Assembly (NCBI RefSeq): GCF_022984075.1
Contig: NZ_JALAAD010000001.1
Coordinates: forward strand, 878,455 to 910,454
Source of the DNA: Synechococcus sp. C9
GTDB lineage: Bacteria > Cyanobacteriota > Cyanobacteriia > Gloeomargaritales > Gloeomargaritaceae
Reading direction: 5' to 3'
DNA: 32,000 nucleotides
This document shows, piece after piece, positions 18,683 to 25,054 of this stretch. Every line of letters begins with the position of its first letter. The stretch's first letter is position 1. Made by a program: the position numbers and the translations under genes. The notes below the pieces were generated by a model. The model ran no database searches. It saw only the letters and a list, made by a program, of their open reading frames with translations, and was not told the DNA's origin.

Positions 18683-18781
18683 TATCGCAATCCCATGCAA
18701 TTCACGAACAGAAATTTGCCAAAACTAAGGACAGGGGGTACCCCTGCAACTTATGTTCTCAATTCAGTTAGGATCACCATA
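18683..18781 (+). mobile_element. MITE-like element, degenerate copy
   Basis: TATCGCAATCCCA ... aaaactaaggacagggggtacccctgcaacttatgttctcaattcagTTAGGATCACCATA. The tail matches the tgttctcaattca subfamily also seen at 9193-9292 and 13990-14023. Confidence 0.55.
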
Positions 18782-18811
18782 ATCTATCGGAAATGACCAC
18801 AACAACGCCCA

Positions 18812-20866
18812 TCAATTTATCCCCAGTGCCTTCATCGCCGCTGTCATTGGGTCGGAGAAGAATATAGGGTCAACCCGCTCGATGATCTCGCCCGATACTT
18901 CCAGAAAGTTTCGCTTGTTTTCGAGGGGAATAAGTGCCCGCCGTGCTCCGTTATCCATGCTGACCTGCAACGGCTCGGCTAATGAGCGAACAGCTTTGAT
19001 ATTTCCTTGAATGCTCAGGTCGCCGAGGATCACCAAACCAGGCAATACCGACTGCCGCTGGATAGCGGAATAGATGGCGACCACCAAGGCGATCCCAGAT
19101 TCACAAGGAACGTGGTTACTGAGTAAGTCAATCGCCTCGACATGAAAATCTGTTGTGTCGAATTGTTGAGCAATCCCCATCTTCACTTTTTGGCTTTGGA
19201 GATAGGCGAAGGCTCGTTGCAGGGATTCCTTCATCGCCCCTTCCACACCCCCTGCCACCTTCAGTTTGCCAGTGCCGGGTGAACAGCCCACTTCCAGACG
19301 ATAAAGACCCACTTTACCCTGGTCATCCACCGAGGCGGTATAAACCGATCCAGGGGCAAGGGGGTCAGCGGCAATCATATCCCGCCCCCCCTGTTCGGGT
19401 ACCCCGACAAACCGTTCTTCCCTGGTGGTGTTGTCAATAAAAGAGAACGAGGTTTGGTGGTACTCGAAGGAACCCATCTTTTTCAGCTGTTCCTTGACCC
19501 GGCGACGGCCTTCCAAGGCCAGTTCGGTAAGCTCAGCCAGTTCATCCCTGGACAACTCACCGTGGGGATAGACCAGCTTCACCAGCCCAGAAACCGACTT
19601 GCGGACAGCCTTCACATCACGGGCATTGAGATGGGAGCCAAGGGAGAAATGCCGGTCGAGCATCTCGGTGAAGTTATGCTTGCGCAGTATCCGCAGTGCC
19701 TCAGCCAAATAATCCACGACGAAGCCGTAGTGGTCGGTGAAAAATTCAACCCGCATCTTCGGGATTTCCCAGCCGGGAATGTAAAAGTGAATGCGATCCA
19801 GGAATGCCATGTCCTCACGGATCACGTCGGGCAGTGGCATGAATAAATGGGAGGAGCGCACCATGACCTCCACCGGCTGGTTGGTATTGCCGAACATGGC
19901 AATGGATGCCATACCAGACAGGGAATCCTTCCCCCGGGCAAAGGTGCCAGACTCACAGTAGGTTTTCAGGGTCGTTACCACCTCTTTCGGCATCTTTTGC
20001 AGGTCAGCCACCTCATCAAACGCCACCGCATCCCAAATCCCAACTAGCCCTATTTTGTTGGTAGCCATGTTGTAAAAAAGATTGGCTACGGTTGTCGGGC
20101 CGGTGAGCAAGATGGTGTAGGGTGAAAGCTCCTGATAGCCATAACTCTTACCTGTGCCACGGGGGCCAAGCTCCACCAGATTGTAATTCCGTTCGCAGAG
20201 GGGTACCAGTCGCACCAGAAGTAGCAATTTAACCCGTCGCTCAAAATGAGATGGCTCTATGCCAATGGTGCGGAGCAGTAGGTCAATCCACTCCTCGGTG
20301 GTAAATTCCCGGCGACAATCACAGTATTCTTCCAAGTCGAACTTAGCCAGTTGAATTGGCTTGAGGCTTTCGATCCAAAAAGGACTGCGTTTTCCTTTTT
20401 GTTCTTCATCGTACTGGTGCCGCAAATCTACTTGTGCCCAAATGCCGCCCATTAACAAACGGTCGTAGTCCCGCAGGAAGTGTTCGGGAATGTGAACGTA
20501 CCGATGCCCGAAGTTCTTTAATTCCGCCCAGTATTTGTCATCGTCGGAAACGTAGCGCACCTGCACCTTGTCAATGAGGGTGTGCTTCCCCTTGTCCTTT
20601 ACCAGCGACTGGGCTTTGTTGGCTTCCCCAGGGGTGACAAAATTCGAGGAGAGGGTATTGTTAACCACTTTCAGCCCCGCATCAATCGCCACAGGGTCAT
20701 CGGTAGCACAATACTTGCCTAACAGGTATTCGAGAACAAAGACTGGGACATTTGCTCCCACTTTCACCTTGCGAACCAAATCTTTGCGGACGACTTTACC
20801 CGCAAATACGGTTGCCGCTTTTCGATCCAGTTCAGACATGGTAGGTTCCTCAGATCGAAATGGCAA
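18812..20866 (-). CDS. brxL: BREX system Lon protease-like protein BrxL
   Basis: N-terminus MSELDRKAATVFAGKVVRKDLVRKVKVGANVPVFVLEYLLGKYCATDDP is characteristic of BrxL. A central AAA-like region (LVELGPRGTGKSY) and a C-terminal Lon-protease-like domain (GDLSIQGNIKAV) follow. It sits immediately downstream of pglZ. The likely true start is ATG at 20839, preceded by GAGGAA that overlaps the pglZ stop. Confidence 0.9.
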   Translation of the reverse strand: MPFRSEEPTMSELDRKAATVFAGKVVRKDLVRKVKVGANVPVFVLEYLLGKYCATDDPVAIDAGLKVVNNTLSSNFVTPGEANKAQSLVKDKGKHTLIDKVQVRYVSDDDKYWAELKNFGHRYVHIPEHFLRDYDRLLMGGIWAQVDLRHQYDEEQKGKRSPFWIESLKPIQLAKFDLEEYCDCRREFTTEEWIDLLLRTIGIEPSHFERRVKLLLLVRLVPLCERNYNLVELGPRGTGKSYGYQELSPYTILLTGPTTVANLFYNMATNKIGLVGIWDAVAFDEVADLQKMPKEVVTTLKTYCESGTFARGKDSLSGMASIAMFGNTNQPVEVMVRSSHLFMPLPDVIREDMAFLDRIHFYIPGWEIPKMRVEFFTDHYGFVVDYLAEALRILRKHNFTEMLDRHFSLGSHLNARDVKAVRKSVSGLVKLVYPHGELSRDELAELTELALEGRRRVKEQLKKMGSFEYHQTSFSFIDNTTREERFVGVPEQGGRDMIAADPLAPGSVYTASVDDQGKVGLYRLEVGCSPGTGKLKVAGGVEGAMKESLQRAFAYLQSQKVKMGIAQQFDTTDFHVEAIDLLSNHVPCESGIALVVAIYSAIQRQSVLPGLVILGDLSIQGNIKAVRSLAEPLQVSMDNGARRALIPLENKRNFLEVSGEIIERVDPIFFSDPMTAAMKALGIN

Positions 20867-23456
20867 CGGGGAGGGTCAGAGGCGGAGCTAGTTCTACCCC
20901 GGTAATGGCATCCAGCAGATATACCCGCACCGTCTGTTGGGAAATTTCCTCCGACAGCATTACGGTAACAGTATTTGGCTCGATGCGTCTGGGATCATGT
21001 TCAGCAAGTTTCAGCCTCACTTCGCCGGTGGCATCCTCAAATCCGTAAGAGGCACTCACTGGCTGGGAGACACACTTTTTATTAGCTCGCACTTCGATCC
21101 GCACCGTCGGTGGCTTCAATCCAAATAGGTCAATCTGCTCCTGGTTGCCGCTAATCTGTATGGAAAAAAACCGGGTGGTCAGTTTGGGGGTTCCTGGCGT
21201 TAGTGTCCACCGAATGCTGGTCGTTGTTGCTTTTGGTTGTGCCCTTGAGTGCATGACCAGTACAGGCACGATCAGCTCTTGGGGAGACAAGCCGCCGTGA
21301 AAATAAGCGCGACCACCCCCTTTCGATTTGAAAACGGCGAATGTCCAGGGGGTGGCAATGTCATATTCACTCTCTACGCCTAGGGAGGTCAGGGAGGTTC
21401 GCAGGTAAGTGGATTCCGAATTGCCGCCGATGCCCACCCACACTCGGCGATGCAGGTCTGCTACTTGTCCACCGGGGGCTTCAATTTTCATATCCTCCCC
21501 GACTTCATCGGCAAACAAGTGACCGTGATCCGCAACCAGCACGATGGTTTTAATGCCGTGATCCGCCAAGATGCGCACACCCCGGCGCAGATGCCCCAGC
21601 ACACCGTCAATTTGCAGTCGGGCTTGAGCGAGGTTGTCGGTCTCGCCCAGCTCATCAATTTCCTGGGATGTGATCAGGATTAGCTGGTGGTTCTGGATCC
21701 CGTCTTTGACCTTTTTGCTGGGCTTGGGGAGGAGGTCTTCGAGTTTGGCATCAAAGACTGCAACCCCTGCATGGTTCTTCAGGAACGCTACCCGGTCGTT
21801 GCGATTTCTCATGACCTGACCGGCGATCTCCACGCCCAGTTTGCCACCCCCAACCCCGACCACCTTGGCTGACTCGTGGGCTTTGGGGAGTAATGCCGCC
21901 ATGCCAATCTCGGTGATTGTGGGGATCATGGCGAGGGCGGGCTGACATGCGAGCGGGAAGTCGTTTGCCAAGAGGCGGGACAACTCACGCGCCATTTCAA
22001 ACCGCAGGGCATCCACCCAAACATAGGCAACCTTGCCTTCGCTCAAATGGGGCTTGACCTGTTTCTCAAAGATGTTTTGTTGCCGTAGTAAACCCTCGAT
22101 GGGATGCTTGGCTTTGGCAAATTGGGTGATGAAATGTTTGGCTAGTTCACTGCCGACCTGGGTGTACCGCTGTTCAGCCTTGGTGATCAGCTTTTCCAGT
22201 GCCTGATGATCGTCCCCAGGGGCAAACTCGAACTGATACTTGCGGCTTTCCAGGTGGCGGTGATGGGTGTCGAGTAGGCACCAAGGTTGGTCATCCTCGG
22301 CGTAGGCTTTGACGAGTTCGAGAACGGTGGTGGGGGCTTTTTTGAGTGCTTTTGCGACTCGGTCGGCTGAGAGTAAGACCTCGGCGGCGGATGCCACCAG
22401 TGCCCAGCGGGCTTGAATCTGTGACTCCACATCTGCCCAGAAGCGGGCGCGTCGTTGCTTGACTAGGTGAAGCCTTTCCGGGGTGACTTGCTTGAGAAGC
22501 TCTGTTTCGAGATGCACCAGCAAGGTTTTTTCGACGCACAGGAAGGTTTCATTCTCCTGGAGGGGATCCACGGGCAGGTCAAGCCGACTGAGACCAAGCT
22601 CCTGTTCGGTTCTGTTGGCGATGGTAATGTAACTGTCTCGATGTTCGCGGCTATTTCGCCATGAACGGGCAAGCCGGACACAGGCATCAACACCAGCCGG
22701 GCTGTGGGCAATGGCAACCGATGCTAATGGGGAAGGCACCTGTTCTTTGAGAGCGGCGCATAGGTCAGTGAGGAGAATGTGTCGCCCCAACTTGACTCGC
22801 CAGTGTGACAAGGTTTCAGCGGTAGGAAGCTGAATCTCGAAGCCCATTTCGAGCAGACGTTGGAGTTCGGTCTTCGCTCCTTTTTTGGCAATCTCCTGGT
22901 CATGCCGGTCATCGTGGAGAAAGGCTAAGGCGACTTCCTGGGGGGTGGCGGTGCCGAAGATCAGGGTGAGTACCCCAGTGGCAAGGTCTTTGCCTTTGTC
23001 GGCGAGGGCGTTGAGGTCTGCCAGGGACAATTTCCCCGCTTCCACTTGCCGCTCGATTTCACCCACTTGCTCCTCGCTCAAAATCGGCTTGAGGGCGTTG
23101 CGAGCCACGACAGATAAGCGGGTGTTGCAGGCGGGGGGTTGTTGCCGGGGTTGCATTACTACTCCGGCGGCATCCAGTTCGATCAGGGCGGCGTGGGTCT
23201 TTTCCCGTGGGAGGGGGACGTAAACGACCAAGCGAGGCGGTTGCCGGTCGTTCATGAGGTGGTCAATGTCTTTGCGCAATTGGAAGAAACTCCCCTCATA
23301 ACGAGCCACGGTGGTGTTGGGGAGGGTGAGTGTTTCTGCAATGGAGCCGTAGGCTTGCTCCGGGTCATACCAGACCACCAGCCCTTTGTCCTCGACCTGC
23401 TTGGCAATCAGTTGGGTCAGATAGGCGGTGACCACAGCCATACTCATCCCTACCAA
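20850..23456 (-). CDS. pglZ: BREX-1 alkaline-phosphatase-superfamily protein PglZ
   Basis: 868-aa ORF. N-terminus ...YLTQLIAKQVEDKGLVVWYDPEQAY is followed by a PglZ-domain region (YVWVDALRFEMARELS ... ITSQEIDELGE ... LVADHGHLF). It lies between pglX and brxL. The likely start is ATG 23447, 2 nt after the PIN1 TAG stop; the track start at 23456 is TTG. Confidence 0.9.
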   Translation of the reverse strand: MVGMSMAVVTAYLTQLIAKQVEDKGLVVWYDPEQAYGSIAETLTLPNTTVARYEGSFFQLRKDIDHLMNDRQPPRLVVYVPLPREKTHAALIELDAAGVVMQPRQQPPACNTRLSVVARNALKPILSEEQVGEIERQVEAGKLSLADLNALADKGKDLATGVLTLIFGTATPQEVALAFLHDDRHDQEIAKKGAKTELQRLLEMGFEIQLPTAETLSHWRVKLGRHILLTDLCAALKEQVPSPLASVAIAHSPAGVDACVRLARSWRNSREHRDSYITIANRTEQELGLSRLDLPVDPLQENETFLCVEKTLLVHLETELLKQVTPERLHLVKQRRARFWADVESQIQARWALVASAAEVLLSADRVAKALKKAPTTVLELVKAYAEDDQPWCLLDTHHRHLESRKYQFEFAPGDDHQALEKLITKAEQRYTQVGSELAKHFITQFAKAKHPIEGLLRQQNIFEKQVKPHLSEGKVAYVWVDALRFEMARELSRLLANDFPLACQPALAMIPTITEIGMAALLPKAHESAKVVGVGGGKLGVEIAGQVMRNRNDRVAFLKNHAGVAVFDAKLEDLLPKPSKKVKDGIQNHQLILITSQEIDELGETDNLAQARLQIDGVLGHLRRGVRILADHGIKTIVLVADHGHLFADEVGEDMKIEAPGGQVADLHRRVWVGIGGNSESTYLRTSLTSLGVESEYDIATPWTFAVFKSKGGGRAYFHGGLSPQELIVPVLVMHSRAQPKATTTSIRWTLTPGTPKLTTRFFSIQISGNQEQIDLFGLKPPTVRIEVRANKKCVSQPVSASYGFEDATGEVRLKLAEHDPRRIEPNTVTVMLSEEISQQTVRVYLLDAITGVELAPPLTLPVAISI

Positions 23457-23836
23457 TACCTCGTGATTTTGTAAGCGTCCAGTGCCGGGTCATTGCTAAT
23501 GATTGGAATTCCTTCGGTAAGTGCCTGGGCGACCAGCAAACGGTCGAAGGGGTCTTTGTGGTGAAAGGGCAACCCGATCACCCTCGCCGTGTGCATCGGA
23601 TCGATCGGAAGGATGATAAACCCGTATTTGTTCATACACGCTTCGATGAAGTCTTCATAGGGCTGATGTAGATTTAGCTTGCCAATGCTGACCTTAATGG
23701 CAATCTCCCAATACGTCGCTGGGCTGATGAAAATCTCGTTGGCTGGATCCAAAATCAATGCCCTAGCCGTCTCGCTGAGTTGCGGGTCGCCCAGCGTGTA
23801 CCAAAGGAGCGTGTGGGAATCGAGAAGGTGCCTCAC
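23450..23836 (-). CDS. PIN-domain toxin (VapC-like, type II TA) - cassette 1
   Basis: 128 aa. MRHLLDSHTLLW (first acidic PIN residue), WEIAIKVSIGKL and HHKDPFDRLLVAQAL..IPIISND match the PIN nuclease family that pairs with Phd/YefM-type antitoxins. The start overlaps the antitoxin stop by 4 nt (ATGA). Confidence 0.85.
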   Translation of the reverse strand: MRHLLDSHTLLWYTLGDPQLSETARALILDPANEIFISPATYWEIAIKVSIGKLNLHQPYEDFIEACMNKYGFIILPIDPMHTARVIGLPFHHKDPFDRLLVAQALTEGIPIISNDPALDAYKITRYW

Positions 23837-24069
23837 GGCATATACTCCGCAAAGTCCTTGAGATGCTCATCATCGTCCGCCACGATGGTGATCATGCCCT
23901 TGCACAGCCCAGGTGGTGGGCGCAGACCAGCTATCGGTTTCGGCGATTCGCTCACCAGCTTCGCCACGGGTCGATCGTTCTCTGTGATCACCAATTCTTC
24001 ACCGGGATTTAGCCGATGAATAAGATCGGGCAGTTGGGCTTGGGCTTCTTGGATGGTGACGGTTGTCAT
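23833..24069 (-). CDS. Phd/YefM-type antitoxin - cassette 1
   Basis: MTTVTIQEAQAQLPDLIHRLNPGEELVITENDRPVAKLV is the Phd/YefM-like N-terminal fold signature. The acidic C-terminus is ...DDDEHLKDFAEYMP. I prefer the ATG at 24069 (AAGAG upstream) to the track start at 24141, which would run through the pglX-remnant stop region. Confidence 0.8.
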   Translation of the reverse strand: MTTVTIQEAQAQLPDLIHRLNPGEELVITENDRPVAKLVSESPKPIAGLRPPPGLCKGMITIVADDDEHLKDFAEYMP

Positions 24070-24218
24070 AATTGGGTGCGCTCTTATAGTCATTATTTTA
24101 CCAACCCCTTTTCCCGTAACTGTTTGCCAATGGATGACCACTCGTATTTGCCCGCCAGGAGTTCTTCCCAGTATTTTTTGGCATCCTTCCAGGGGACGAG
24201 TTCCCAGAGGGGGGCGAT
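23987..24218. repeat. direct repeat copy 1 (antitoxin 5' end + leader + pglX 3' end), partner at 24825-25054
   Basis: By-eye alignment with 24825-25054: about 3 mismatches in 65 nt over the antitoxin 5' codons and about 10 in 120 nt over the pglX C-terminal codons. A more divergent ~45-nt centre lies around the antitoxin start. Confidence 0.85.
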
Positions 24219-24284
24219 ATTCAAGACAACAGATCTTAGTTTTTCTGTGTCAGAGATTCGGTGACCACAGCCATTGGTAAACAC
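24093..24284 (-). pseudogene. duplicated remnant of the pglX 3' end (last ~42 codons)
   Basis: The ORF ends ...IAPLWELVPWKDAKKYWEELLAGKYEWSSIGKQLREKGLVK. The genuine PglX C-terminus is ...IAPLWELVPWKEAKKYWEELLAGKYEWSSISKQLREKGLVK. The upstream 21 codons are unrelated. The remnant is contiguous and in frame with PIN2, separated only by PIN2's TGA. Confidence 0.85.
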
Positions 24285-24674
24285 TCAGCTCCAGATTCGG
24301 TTAACACCATAGGGATCGAAGATGTGATCGGCACTGACCAGCGGGATGTCTTCGACGAGTGCCTGAGCCGCCAGCAGGCGGTCGAACGGATCCCGATGAT
24401 GGAACAGCAACCTGGTCTGCCGCTCGGCGTGGTCGAGGGTGATTGGTAGCACTGTCAAGACAAGGTCGGCGATTGCCTTGTCCATCCACGGGCGGTAGGG
24501 CATGGATAACGGAAGGGTGCCTTTGCCGAACTTAATGGCGATTTCCCAGATGGTCGCCGCACTGAGGAGGCGTTCCATATCAGGGTTCGCTATGATTGCC
24601 ATCGCTCCTGGCGGAATCTGTGAGGGATCCTCCGCCGCCCAGATCAAGGTATGGGTGTCAAGGAGCAACCGCAT
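24285..24674 (-). CDS. PIN-domain toxin (VapC-like, type II TA) - cassette 2
   Basis: 129 aa. MRLLLDTHTLIW, WEIAIKFGKGTL and HHRDPFDRLLAAQALVEDIPLVSAD match the same family as PIN1, but identity is only ~40% by eye. The start overlaps the antitoxin stop (TAATG). Confidence 0.85.
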   Translation of the reverse strand: MRLLLDTHTLIWAAEDPSQIPPGAMAIIANPDMERLLSAATIWEIAIKFGKGTLPLSMPYRPWMDKAIADLVLTVLPITLDHAERQTRLLFHHRDPFDRLLAAQALVEDIPLVSADHIFDPYGVNRIWS

Positions 24675-24907
24675 TATGTATACTCCTCGAACTCCTCAAG
24701 GGGGTCGTCGAAGTGCTCCATCGAAAGGACGGTTCCCTTCAAGGTGCCGAATTTTGGGGCTTTTCGAGCCTCGGCGGTTGAGGCGGTAGGTACCAATCGA
24801 GCCACCGGCTGGTTGTTTTCAGTAATCACCAACTCTTCACCGGGATTTAGCTGATGAATAAGATCGGGCAGTTGGGCTTGAGCTTCTTGAATCGTAATGC
24901 TCGCCAT
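24674..24907 (-). CDS. Phd/YefM-type antitoxin - cassette 2
   Basis: MASITIQEAQAQLPDLIHQLNPGEELVITENNQPVARLV is nearly identical to antitoxin 1 over ~35 aa. The C-terminus diverges (...MEHFDDPLEEFEEYT). AAGGAG lies 7 nt upstream of the ATG, and the ATG lies 21 nt after the pglX stop. Confidence 0.85.
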   Translation of the reverse strand: MASITIQEAQAQLPDLIHQLNPGEELVITENNQPVARLVPTASTAEARKAPKFGTLKGTVLSMEHFDDPLEEFEEYT

Positions 24908-25054
24908 GTTGAGTGCTCCTTATTATTGTCATTTTACCAACCCCTTTTCCCGTAATTGTTTGCTGATGGATGACCACTCGTATTTGCCCGCTAATAGTTC
25001 CTCCCAGTATTTTTTGGCTTCTTTCCAGGGGACGAGTTCCCAGAGGGGGGCAAT
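24825..25054. repeat. direct repeat copy 2 (antitoxin 5' end + leader + pglX 3' end), partner at 23987-24218
   Basis: See copy 1. The offset between copies is 838 bp. Confidence 0.85.

Noticed and set aside
18526-18771. 81-aa plus-strand ORF between the M15 peptidase gene and brxL
   Set aside because: It is composed almost entirely of two MITE-family copies, and homologous repeat copies elsewhere do not maintain this frame.
501-18781. Whether the recurring ~34-nt core could be a CRISPR repeat
   Set aside because: Copies are scattered over 18 kb in both orientations with irregular spacing of hundreds to thousands of bp. They are imperfect, sit inside longer inverted-repeat-bounded units, and are separated by housekeeping genes. 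This is not an array.
24093-24141. Track version of antitoxin 1 starting at 24141 (102 aa)
   Set aside because: The extra 24 N-terminal codons overlap the end of the pglX remnant and have no counterpart in antitoxins 2 and 3. The ATG at 24069 aligns with the homologs' starts and keeps the same spacing to the preceding stop.
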